Shown here: piece by piece, positions 39,354 to 51,715 of the stretch
Layout of the letters: the number at the start of each line of letters is the position of its first letter
Position numbering within the stretch: position 1 is the stretch's first letter
Assembly: GCA_023515725.1 (NCBI GenBank)
Contig: JALDTO010000266.1
Span: 318,707-382,706 of the forward strand
Direction: 5' to 3'
From: Amoeboaphelidium protococcarum X5
Lineage: Eukaryota > Fungi > Aphelidiomycota
DNA length: 64,000 bases
Translations under genes and position numbers: made by a program
Notes under the pieces: generated by a model
What the model was told of the DNA's origin: nothing
The model's input: only the letters and a program-made list of their open reading frames with translations
Databases searched by the model: none

Positions 39354-41285
39354 ATGTAAGTGGAAGTAGGTAACAATATAAACAGAAGCGGCGATAATAA
39401 CGCTTAGCTATCTAATGCAATTCAATTGCCCGTTTCTTAATCTGCTGTTGTCAGATAGTAATAGTAATAATTATAATAGTAGTAGTAATAGTAAATGTCG
39501 TTGTAGTCGAAAGAAAGCTCGTCTTCTTCGGCCGACTATTTTTCCGTTTCGTCGGATCTACAAAAGTTAGTGGGCGCCTTCGGTGGCGTAAAATCAATTG
39601 ATTTATGCAAGGAGTTTATGAAGACAATTTGGACAGCTAAGGAATCTTCTTTTAAGCTGCAAGCATTTCAGATTATTAATCGCACTAACAATCGCTCCAT
39701 CTTGCAGAAGCTGGTGGAATTTCGTCTCGCAGAGTTATTGAGAGTTTGGCTACGTGATGCTATCAAGAATGATTTTTTGGATTTTGTGAATGTTGCTCTA
39801 GATGTGTCTAGAAAATTACCAGTTAATACGGAGTAGGTAAAAGAAATTGGTAAGGTTGTTAAAGTGTCTCTTTCTAAACACGAAAACTTGGCTATTCGGG
39901 ATAAAGCTCAAGACTTGCTTTCTTATTGGCTTTCTGTTGCCGCAAAGTCGTCTTCATCATCTTAAACTCTGTAATCTTAATAACAAGAGGAATAACAGGT
40001 AAGTGCAGGTATTGGCCGTGGCGAAGGTAAAGCGGCGTAATCAAAAGTCTCAGTCAGCACCACATCTTCATCATCTTCATCGTCAGCATTAGCGTCACCC
40101 AACTCTCCGACTGAGGTGAAAGGTAAAGTTGCTTCTGCTAAATACAATGATGTTGATATTTTTAATACACTTGATATTCTTGAACCTCGTAAGAAACCAA
40201 AGTTGATGTCCGGTAATGTGCCGTAGAGTAAATAGGTTGGCTCGGAGAATGTTAATCAGTCCGCAGGATCTTCCTCTGCGTAGTAGTAGTCATAATCTCA
40301 ATCATAAACAGGATCTAACGCGTAAAAGGGCGCAGTGCCTGCAGTTCCATACAAGCCTAAAAAGACTGTCCGATGGAAACCGGATAGTTAGCTGTGCACT
40401 ATTCATGAGATTGAGCGAATTGATTATTATGGTGGTAAGGCAGCTCAGTCATCTCTTAAAGATATGGATAAGTCTGAAGGTTCTGCTATCAAACGCGGAT
40501 TTGTCGATGATGGTGGTGATTCCTCTGCACCTCAAGGTGGTGATATAAAATCGAATTCTGGCGAATAAGTGACATTTTAAGTGGGTAATAATCCTGTCTA
40601 GGCTGCTTCAGGTGTTGATGTCAGCTCTTTGTTAACTACAATTACTGGAAATTCACAATTCAAAGATATTCTATCTCAGTTCATTCCCCCGTCTTCTTCA
40701 TAGAATCAGCAAGCAACTGCCGCTGTATATCCTCAGACAATGTAACCGCAGTATTAAGAGTCGATGCACCCACAAGGTTCTTAGATCTACAATGGAACCC
40801 CTTCTGTTTCTTAGCATGTTTAGCCACAGTATCCAAATGTGGCTGCAGCCAGTGCTAACGTGTATGGATACCAGTATCCTCAGGTTGGATAATACAATTA
40901 GTTTGGTAATGGTTTGGCTGCATAGCCTTTTGTAATGTAATAGTAGCAGATGTTATAACAACAACCTTAGTAGCAACAGCCGTAGCAATTGATGTACTAA
41001 TAGAATTATCATCATCATCATCATCAGCCCAATTAGCAACCTTAATCTCAACAATCTGTCGACCAGGCCGCGTTTCAGCTCCCGCCTGAACTGATACAAA
41101 ATCTTACAACAATATTGTAGACTGTCGGAACGGTCACTGATGGGTAGAAAAGTACAAGTGGTGTGGTCAACGCGTAAAGTGGTTAGTCATAATAACATTA
41201 ACATCATTAGAAGAGGCGAGATGGTAAGGCATAGTCTGGTCAGAAAAATAAGAATGCGAAAAAGTAGAAATAACAGTAATAATGA
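39354..41285 (+). CDS. PNUTS/PPP1R10-like PP1 regulatory subunit (TFIIS N-terminal domain plus RVxW motif)
   Basis: LAELLRVWL...KLPV...IGKVVK...AQDLLSYW (TFIIS-N/LW fold); KKTVRWKPD PP1-docking motif; Q/P-rich C-terminus; 644 codons. Confidence 0.72.
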
Positions 41286-41389
41286 CTCAACAGAAATAAG
41301 AAATATACTACTACTACCTTTGAGAATCAATTTATGCCAACTTCGTTTATTTATTTTGTCTTCAACTCTACTTCATTATTATCGTTATA

Positions 41390-43348
41390 TCAAATTTTGG
41401 AGATTCCAACACGCTCCATTGCAATTTTCTGAGCACGAACAGCCTCCAACCCCATCAAAGTGTTCTGGGCATCCATCGGACCTCGCACCACCTTCAAAGC
41501 TTTCTCATACATTCTAATAGCATCGTCAATCTTATTCTGGGATGTCAGCAACTACGCATAATGCATATAAGCCAAATCACATTTTGGATCCAGCTCCAAC
41601 ACCTTCAAAACCAACTCTTCACTACCAGCCATATCGCCACTGATGTGAGATAAAACGATGGCTTTATTCAGATAGGCCATAGCCATATCTGGCTTAAGCT
41701 GAATAGCCTTATCGAAGCACTTGATCGCCTCGGCCACATTCTCTGCCTCTAGCATCAGTTCACCACGATAGTAATAAATATCTGCACACTGAGGATACTC
41801 CTTCACTAGTTGATCAAATAATCTCTCAGCCTTCTTTGGAGATGAATCACGAGACTCGATCACAGCGCGCTGAATACGGGCATAGATGGCAGGCATAGAG
41901 TCTTACAGATCCTAAAACTGTGTTCCATACAGAGCAGTTGCCTTCAGATACAGCTCCTTGGCTGACTTGGTCTCCTGCAGCAGAAAATGGATCTATGCAC
42001 GATGATAATACCAATCTGGATCTTCCAATTCAGCCTTAGCCATAGCCTGCTCAAACAGAGATTGAGAAGCTTCAATACACTGTGCATCATTGGCAATCTC
42101 AACCTGCATACTAGCCAACTTGATCATGGAATTCATATACAACTATTTGATAGGCAACTCCATGGACAACTTTGACACCAGTTCAATGGACGCTTGCAAA
42201 TTACTCTGCGCCAGATGCAATTTACCAGCCAAATACTGCAATGTACCCAGAATGTTCAAATACATACTATGCAAATAAGCATCAGTAAATTTGTCCGCCT
42301 AGTTGCTCAATGATTATGCCTAGGTAAGAGCTTTATCCAAATTCTTCTCCTAAAACTGCTAGACTAAATCAATAGTTAACATCTCTGGAGAATTGGCTTC
42401 AACCCCAGTGCCCTCAGACATGTACGACTAGATCTGGTCTTTAGTCAGATAATAGTAACTATAAGAATTGAGATACGCATTCAAGAAAGTGCTTGAAGGC
42501 AGCTCCAAGGCAATACTATCCTCCCCCTCAACGGCTGCGACTGCCTACTTTGGAGAAAACATCTCAACTGCTTCCAACTCGGCAAGCTTTCTCAACACGC
42601 GATCTGCAGACTCCATCAAGTGCTGTGACTGGAACTTCTCCAGAAAACATGCAGTGGTATAATCAGCCAGACACTCGTGCAGACGACCCTCCTTCTCCAG
42701 AATTTAAGCGCGACGAATGAGGCCTTTGACGTACGTGGAATCGCACTTGAGAGCCAAATCGCAATCCTCTATAGCCTTAGAATTCTCTTTCAACGCGGCA
42801 TAACACGCAGCTCTATTACCATAGAATATCGCGCATGCATGAGCGACTGGAGAGACATCCTTCTCTGTCTAATAGACATTGATTGCCTGGGTATAACTCT
42901 CAATAGCCTTCTCATAATTCTTCGCAGAGAATGCAGCATTGCCTTCATTCTTGTACTTTAGCGCGGCACTCTTCTTATCCTCTTCACTCAAAGCTGCAGT
43001 AATTTTACTGCTCTCTTCCACAGTATCTTACTCAACTACAGCAACAGACTCTACAGCATTGCTCTGTGATTCCACTTGCGGCTCAGTCTACTCTTACTGA
43101 TCGCCAGACGCCATCTCTAATTCAGATAGATCCTATTCCGCCTTCTTTTTCAAATCACTAGCGCGCTTCTTTAACAATTTTCTACCAGGGCCTTTGTAAA
43201 AGTAATAACCAGTGCCGGCAATAGCCATACCACCAGTGGCCACCAAGATCACTTTGTAATGATCACTCACCCAATGGCGAAATGATTAAGTCCAAGTAAT
43301 CTCCTAAGACGGTTATGGATGATTTTCCACAATTACATATTAATCCAT
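41390..43348 (-). CDS. TOM70: Mitochondrial import receptor Tom70
   Basis: N-terminal anchor VILVATGGMAIAGTGYYFY plus basic linker; TPRs KNEGNAAF, FYGNRAACY, YVKGLIRRA, ADIYYYRGE, ELDPKCDLA; 653 codons. Confidence 0.92.
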
Positions 43349-44095
43349 CGCGGAATATTCTAATAGTAGCTCTAATAGAAATTTTGACTAAATATTATTC
43401 GCGTGGTGAATAAAAAAAGGTTAAAGCCCACGTCACACGAAAGGGAAAACGTGTAAGAAAAAGTGCGCTCGCCAGAAGGTGAAGCGAAAGAGACTCATCA
43501 AATCAGCTAGATTCACCCCCATAACATATAAAGGTGCGGTTTACCGTGGAGCGAATGGCGCTTTCTGCTTGCGATAAACTCAACGTTATATGAAATTAAA
43601 GTAGATGAGGTTCGGTCTAAGGATTATGAGAGCACGTACAATTACAATATGACCATGAGATTTAGAGGGATATAATGCTTCAACCGCGGGATCGCTCCGA
43701 CATAAGTTAAATTGAATTCATAATAGTAATACTAATAATAATGCCGTAATTTATGTAATCCTTATTCATTACCTCAAACTGCAGCGATATTGATTAATCT
43801 TAATGCCTACTAAATGTCGCATCACTTTATTTCAATATACAGTACTATAGCTAGCTGACTGTATGAAGACAATCTAATCGACTGATTGATTCTTAAGGGG
43901 CTGATTGAGCCACGCCAGTTTTGTTATGCTGCTGCGGCCTCTTCTTTCACCTTATCAATTATATATTATCATCATCATCATTGCATATATTATTTTTATA
44001 TTCGTGTCTTTTGTATTACTTTACATAGACACTCTTCAGAATCTGTGATTGACTTTTAAGATTTCACGTTGTATAGAAAGATTTCATTTTAAGAA

Positions 44096-45817
44096 ATGCT
44101 TGGACATAGTGATGGTGGTAACTTGTTGTCGGTGGCTGTTGCTCTGTACGATTATGAAGCCACAGAGATGGATCATCTGTCCTTCCTCATGGGCGATAGA
44201 ATAGTGGTGGCTATGAAAGATGAAAGCGGTTGGTGGAGTGGATATAAAGAGGATGATCCTAGCTGTACTACTGGGTGGTTTCCCGCCAACTATGTGGAGG
44301 AGGTGGATGGATCATTGACGCGTCAATTGTCTTCAATGAATATTAACTCATAAGATTCATAGTCTTAGAATACTATGGGATAGTAGTAGTAGCAGTATAA
44401 GCACCTCTATCAATAGTAGTAGTAATAATCATCATCTACTCTTCCAGAAGGTACCAAGACTGCGCATCCAGATTACGTACAGTATTTCGCTGAAGATGGA
44501 ACTCCATTCTACGTCAATATTGTTACTAATGAAAGTGTATGGGAGCTGCCTACTACGCCAGATTCCCCGCTGAATAATCCTAATAATCAGTACAAAGTCC
44601 TTAGTCCACCATCATCTGTGATTGAAGTTCCATTTTTATCTCTGAGTGATTAGCCGCCACCATAATATCAACTTCCGCAATTGTCTTCATCCAATGCGGA
44701 TGGCTAAAAGTCTAGTGGAGCAGCAGGTGGTGCTGATTTTGTTCACAAGATTCCGCTGAGTAGAATTGCGCATAATAAAAAGAAGCGCCTGTCTAATGCT
44801 AGTGAGTTTAGCCAATTCTCATAATCATCTGCAGCTGTGAAGACGTCCACCCTTGATAAGATTCCACCATCTCCCACGTAGTCAGTGAAGAATCTTAGCT
44901 TTACCGATCCGCATCCAGTGCCTTAACTGCATGGTGGCAAGTATGGTTACCGTAATAACTTCACATCTGATAATCCAAAGAATCCGCAGTAATCAGGATT
45001 TGATATCTTGGTACTGAAGCACAGAAATGGAAAAGAGGTATGTAAGGACATTGCTGCATTCATGGCTGAGCGTGCGCGTATTGAAGATGAATATGCCAAA
45101 CAGTTGATGCTACTTGCAAAGAGTCAGTTTGGCGGTCAAGAGTCTGGAACGTTGAAAACTGCTTGGAATCAGCTCAAGTTTGATGTGGAGAATCAGGCTC
45201 AGTCGAGAAAGGTGTTCTCTGAACAGTTAACCAAGGATGTGTACCAGGAGGTGATGAAGTTCAAGGATGGTCAGAAGAAGACGCGCAAAGACTATGAGGC
45301 CACAATGGCTCAGGATCGCAAGAGTCTACTGGAAAAGTTCAGAAAAGCTCAGAGGACTCGAGAAGCGTATCTGTAAAAGTGCCGCGATGCTGAGGTTGCA
45401 GATGCTCTTGTTAGTAGAGGATAGCTGGCTAATATGACGCGTAAAGACTTTTAAAAGTTGGAAGATAACGCGCGCAAAGAGAGGAAGAAGGCTTCCATTG
45501 CAGCGTTTGATTACCGCACCGCTGTCAAAGAGTTTGAGGATATGCGTGTGCAGTTTGAGGATGATAACAATAATGCAGCGATTGATTTTGAATCTGCCGA
45601 GTATGATAGAATCGAGTTCCTGAAAGTTGTGTTGCAAAACTATTTGAGTGCACAGCGTCAGGTGAATGACAAGTGCAAGGACAGCAGTGAGATGTGTTCA
45701 AGCAGTATCGAAAGTGTCAGCGGTGCCGTGGACATTGAGCTCTTTGTTAAATCCAAGTTCACTGGCTGCACTTCAGTACCACATTTGGAATTTGAGCAGT
45801 ACAAGAATTATTTTTGA
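44096..45817 (+). CDS. SH3-WW-F-BAR protein (GAS7-like architecture)
   Basis: SH3 ALYDYEA...GWWSG...GWFPANYV; WW-like GTPFYVNIVTNESVWELP; F-BAR GFDILV...ERARIEDEYAK...GTLKTAW; 574 codons. Confidence 0.85.
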
Positions 45818-45984
45818 ATATATTTATTTTGAATAGGTAGTTAAATTATGATTTTTGGTCTTCACTGATGTTTTTTCTCCTTGCTGCGATGATATCATTC
45901 TGATCGCCATTTGTCACATATAAATTATTAGTGTAGACCATCTGTATAAATTACTATTAGAATTGACAAAAGTATAGATAGTCA

Positions 45985-48078
45985 ATGTAGAGGGGGAAAG
46001 TGCGCCCATATCCTTATTATCGTTTTGTTGATGAGCTGGAATATGGCTTCCATTGTGCTGCGCTGTACAATTAAGAGAAGAAGCAATTTGAATTTCTGCA
46101 TAACATGAGTGAATATGAATGCAGGCGTGTAAAGCACTTTGGCCCTACGCGATATCTATCGCCTGCTATACATACATGGTGCCCACCTAATTCTGTTATG
46201 ATCCGCGTTTATGGTCTATATAAAGATTTGAGCCAGCGAAGGAATATCGACCTGCAGATGCTCACAGATTATGTCAAAGATGATTATAAGATGCCTCAGT
46301 ATCTTCCATTCGGATCACCTGGTGTTATGATCAATGTTAGTAATGCAGAGAGGCAATATCGGCTGTACGCTTTCGGTATGGGAGAATGCTTGTATGGTGT
46401 ATTGCTGCCTGCGGATTCTCTGGATCGAACCGTTGCCAATGTGTAGATGTTGAGGAACTATCGTGCGAAAATTACTCACCTCCTCATACCTGGTGATACT
46501 CTCCGTTTAAATGAATTTATCGTATGCACAGTGACTGGCCAAATGTACAATTGTCGCGTCAACTTGAGTGAACAGTTTGATTTAACCATTACATCGATGG
46601 CAATTAAACATGAACTTGATGGAGTACCTGTGGATGTCATTATGGATAATCATTGTTAGGATACGCTGATATATGTCACCTCTGCTAATAAGCTCTTTCT
46701 TTATGATTTGGAGATTAATGATTATGAATACGCGACTACAGTAGGTGCGCATGATGAATTGGTAATTAGAGTATGTGCTACTTCGATTCCTCAAGTTTAT
46801 CTGGTGGCCACTTTGCGTAAGATTTATATGGTTGACTGGCGACAGGAGGCTACATGTACTCTTTTTTATGAGAGTCTAATGGATATTCATGACATTTAAC
46901 AACTTGGACCGCTTAATGATCTATTTGTGGTATCTACTGGTCGATATCTTCTGGTACTGGGTATAAAATGTCCTGGGGTTCATTTAATTCGGTGGCCTAT
47001 CCGGTTGGGTAATATTGAGCGTGAAGTTCATCCATTTAGCAATTCAGCTTTTGAACGCGATGCACCTCATTTAGTTGACGAACAATATCCTTGGAGGCCG
47101 GCCAGGTATGGAAAGTATATGATTCGCTGGCTGAGGACTGGAAACTTTTATCAAATTTTTGCATTCTAATGTGGAGATTATGCTGAACACTCTAGTGTTC
47201 TGATCTATCGTTTCAAGTATTCGCCTGGTGGTGGTAGTTTACACGCATTCAGTCCCAAGTGTATTGATATCCCTTTTGAAAGGTCCTGGCAGAAGAAAAG
47301 TGTGTACTTGGCTGACGTTTATGGTTACCTGTCTCACAGTAAATGGGAAGATTATAGCGAGTTTCCGCTTATTTACGATTTGAATATATTTGAGTCAACT
47401 CCAGGATCTGGTACAGACTTGGAACTGATGTATTTCATGTCGGATGGATCTATCATAACTAGAATGCTGAACAATGATGAATCAGAGTCATAGTATGTAA
47501 ACTTTAGACCCTGTGAGGAGGAATTGCCGGTTGATCTGCAGCATGATGATATCGAGGTGAATGTTAAGGATTTCTTTGTGGAAAGTGTGCTATTGAAAGA
47601 TTATAATCAGGTGTGTTAGATGGATAAAGTGACACCTGTCCCTTAACTGACTAACTTGTCAGAGGCCTGTCAGGTGTTGGAGTCTTTCTGGGGTTCGCGA
47701 CTGTTGGGTGAATAAAGCACCGACAATGTGCCGTCTTGGATGCAGCAAAGTGAACATCAGGTGGTTAGTGATGATCAATAAGATGCAGCCACCACAGACA
47801 ATGAACAATATTATTCGCAGACGGAGCCTGAAGATAATCGTGATTCAGAGTTGGATATTGGTGTGTTTAGCTACATGAATCTACCCGCTAATGCCAGTTA
47901 AGAGTCATCGAGTAGCAATCTACCTGGTAATTAGTTAAACACACTACCAAGCACTTCTTTACCTTAAAGTTCGTCGTCGTCGATGCTTGCTCCATAATCA
48001 CTAACTCCTAATCAGACATCAAGTCCATCATCGAGTAAGAAGACTCCTTAGAAGAAGAGGAAATCTGGATTTAAATGA
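45985..48078 (+). CDS. Probable RNA polymerase I core factor subunit Rrn6/TAF1C-like
   Basis: 698-codon frame, beta-propeller-like body (IYMVDWR; LGIKCPGVHLIRW), S/Q-rich tail ending KKRKSGFK like the basic ...GF terminus of Rrn6/TAF1C. Confidence 0.6.
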
Positions 48079-48153
48079 TCTCTAAAATGTACATACCTTG
48101 TTAATAAAATTACAATAGATGTTAAATTTAGTTTATGCAAAAGCGGCTTCATG

Positions 48154-50232
48154 TCAAATTTTGGTGAAATGCTACTCTGGTACAAGTCCTTGTTGAGCTC
48201 CGCTTTTACACAGCAGATAACGCTTTTTCCGTACAGTAGTCTCTTATAGGACAGTGCATTCTGTGCCAGCATCTACTGAAATTTCATCATCATTCTGAGC
48301 CTTGTACGGATAGAAGCACTGCACTTGGTAAGACTAGAACGGCTTGGCAAGAGGATCAATATCAGAGAATGCGAGCAAACTCGACTTCCTAGGCAGCGTC
48401 TGGCTAGTAACACTCACGGCGGATTCTTGGTCCTATTATAAACTTTGATCACTAAACAAAGCCATCAACTTTTCAATGCTATTGACGTCATCTTTTAATG
48501 GAGCTGAATGAGGACCTCCTGCTCCAGCGCCGGCATTTGTATAAATCTAAATATCGTTATAATCATTATCAAAGTCTATGAGATTCAGTTCATTAGCACT
48601 TTTACTTCTACTCAGTCGACTATCGTTCCCCTATTAATTCACCGACAGATAATTATTGTTCGGTTGCTGATAACTCTACTACTAACCTTGCTATTGATTC
48701 AGCTATGCCTAAGATGATAAAATATTATCACGGTCAATCAGAATGGAATGGTGAGAGAAACTTCGCGGTTTTGGCGAAGGAACTACTTCACCTCCGAATA
48801 ACCGTTATAGTACAGATATTGAAGCCAATTACTATTATACATCCCGTATGCAATTTCTGTACTCTTTAACCACCAAAGACTGTCGCCTTTCTACCGACAA
48901 AGTCATTTCAAGACAATTCATGACTGAATGAAGTAAACCATTATAAACTTCACTCACATCGTTGACGATATGTAGAAACGTCAAGTCTATCAGATTAAAC
49001 AGCAAAGGACACTCTTTGGCGATGGCTTCATTATATAATACATAATCTTCCGCAGCTTTCCGTATACCAGTATCGATTGGCTGTCGTAGCACTTCCAGTT
49101 CCTTAAAACGATCATAATCCAGAAGCTTTTTACCCCGCTTGGTCAATACTATCGTCACACTCTGTATAGATTACTGCAAGTCTTCTAAATAGATCAAAGA
49201 TTCTAGTTAAACTTTATCGAAAGCAGATAAATCAGATTTCAATTTCCTCACCTTTAAAAGGAATTATACAGACCGGATATCATCATGTATAACGGCAACT
49301 TCTTCAAATGCAGCGACCAGATCAATTACATGCTTCAACATAAAGTAAATCCCCCGCAGCGCCTGCTAAGAACGTATCCTAAACTCTTCAATGAGTTGAG
49401 AATATTTCTGGACACGAAACTCAATTTCCTCTATCAAAATATCCTTATTACTTTCAGTCATTGTAAGACCGGCCGCAGACTTCAGGTACTAAGTCTTTCG
49501 ATTTAAATTCTTCTGCACGTAATGCAATACATTCCGCCGCTTACCAACGCTCTGTACCATTTCCTAAGTCTTTTTAGCTCTATTTATATTCTCTGATACC
49601 TGCTATAGTTTATTCAATACCTGCGATAAATCACGAACAATACGCTCTTTATTATTACGAGACATGGTACTAGTATCCTGAGAAGATTAATAGCATTTCA
49701 TCAAATCTGATATAAACAGAGGATACTTTAAAATTCTCTAAATTGGCTTCAATAAAACTGCAGTAACATCAATATCACCTTACAATGCCTGATTTATAGC
49801 TTGCAGTTCCTATTTCAGTCCTTCATCAGACTGACATTGCTATTAAATAAACCGCATCATCTGTGTATAGTGCGAGGTAAATCCCGAGTAAACCAACTCC
49901 ATCTAAGGACACATGTTGTTAAATACATCAATCACACCATCAACCATGACATCCAGAGTTGTATTGTATACGACATCACTCTGCTTGATCACTTGGTTGC
50001 CACAAGCACTCAGAAGCTGAAACATCTACTGACTAAACTCTACCACGGGCTCAACATACACAGACAGCTCAGCTTTAAATTCTGCAGAGTGACCAAGACA
50101 TTATTTACACAACCGTTGCAAAGAATCGTGATAGTCTTGTTCAGTCTTGCACATCTCATCCACAATAAAGATCCGCTTATCCTAGTCCACAATAATCTCT
50201 GCACTCTCAAACGGGTTATCAACATCACTCAT
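48154..50232 (-). CDS. RhoGEF (DH)-BAR-SH3 protein (Tuba/DNMBP, ARHGEF37 or Gef1-like)
   Basis: DH: KRIFIVDEMCKTEQDY...LLKPIQRILKYPL; BAR: KRGKKLLDYDRF...YVLYNEAIAKECP; degenerate C-terminal SH3 FYPYKAQNDDEISV...GLVPEQHF; 693 codons. Confidence 0.8.
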
Positions 50233-50555
50233 CTCCTTCTCAGCTTAATTTATATAATAGGAATAATTTGATACCGGCACTAGAAAGTAAATATGACAGT
50301 CAGCAATAAGTATAGAGTATTAATATCGTAGGAAAGAATAAAAGAATACAGGTGGGATTGAAGAGAACGCGAAACGAAGCGATTGGGACGAGCGGGGCAA
50401 TCTTCTCTCCGTTCCTAGCTGCCTCGAGAATCTCTTCTCTTCTCTTGCCGCGCTTTGCCTCTATTGTAAAATCCAGTAGTTTCTCTCATTCTTTATCTAT
50501 TGCTTCGGCTGGTTTCTAATAACGAGTTCTACTTTTAACCTCAAAAGTACCAAGT

Positions 50556-51494
50556 ATGGATGATTTATTTGATGAGATTTTGAATAGGCCCAAGTTGGAG
50601 TAGAAGCGAGCGACTGGTGGCGTAGAGAGTAAGGATGTACAACTTGCAAAGGCTGTAACTAAATTAGAAGACTAATCAAAGAGGATTCCCAGCTATGAGT
50701 AGCTCTTAAAGCAGGCGGAACTGAACAAATAGAGATAGAATGCGGATAATTTCGAGCCGATCAAGTAGGAGTAATCTCATTCTGCCACTGTCGCTAGAAG
50801 GCAGAGCGATGGAGTAAATAGATCCAAACCGAAAACGCTAGATGATTTGAAGTCTGCTGTCAGTTCACTGGGAATGAAAGTTGTGGCTGCTGGTGGTGGT
50901 AGCTCTGTTAAATAATCACAGTCTACGGCAGGCCAGAGTCGACTGTCTGTATCATCCAAAACTAAAGTGGTGAAGAGTAAGATTAAAGGCAATGCGGGCG
51001 GTGGCGATTTGATTGCATTAAATTCACACAGAAGAGATTTGCGAACTATCGAGGAGATTTAGAGAGACTTGGAGTAAAAAAAGAGTCCAGCACGTAATTC
51101 AACTGATGAATAAGGTTCACATAAATCCAGTAAGTAATAAAAGAATGGCCATAGTAAAAGTCCACCTAAATCACGGACTGGTAAGAGAAAAGCAAGTGAT
51201 GTAGAATCACTGCAAGGAGGCAATAAAAATAGTAATGAAATATCCAGTGTCATATAGGAACTATTCCCCAGTAGAAGAAAGAAGGAGTTTTTGAGTGAGG
51301 AATTTGTCTTTGATGATGAGGATAGCGATGATGATGATGATGATGATATGGAGGCATCTGTAGGTGAGATGCTGCGTGAAGAGCAGAGATCAAGTAAGAT
51401 TGCGCGGTTAGAGGACGCGTAAGAACTCAAACGTTAGTAATAGGAAGAGCAGCGTGTTAAGAATAAAAAGAAAGGTGGCGACAGATCATCATGA
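50556..51494 (+). CDS. SPT2: Chromatin protein Spt2
   Basis: LNSHRRDLRTIEEI and DDMEASVGEMLREEQRSSKIARLED motifs; 313 codons. Confidence 0.88.
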
Positions 51495-51715
51495 TAATAC
51501 TACTGTATGTCCCAATTCCATAAAAATATACTCTTTGTACAATTATTGTGTATTTCAGGTTTGACTATGTATTAGAAGTTGTTGACCATTAGGTTCCCGT
51601 TGTTTTAGCAAGGCTTTTATTGTTTCAGCTTAAACAACTTGTTCGTTCAACGCGGTTCTCTCTTTCAGTTTCATCTCAATGCAAGTTGCAGTTGGTCTCT
51701 TGTTCTTATAGTATT

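Noticed and set aside
43649-43858. Possible Gln-rich small ORF or uORF upstream of the SH3-WW-F-BAR gene
   Set aside because: About 69 codons with no homology cue; could be an AT-rich microsatellite in non-coding DNA.
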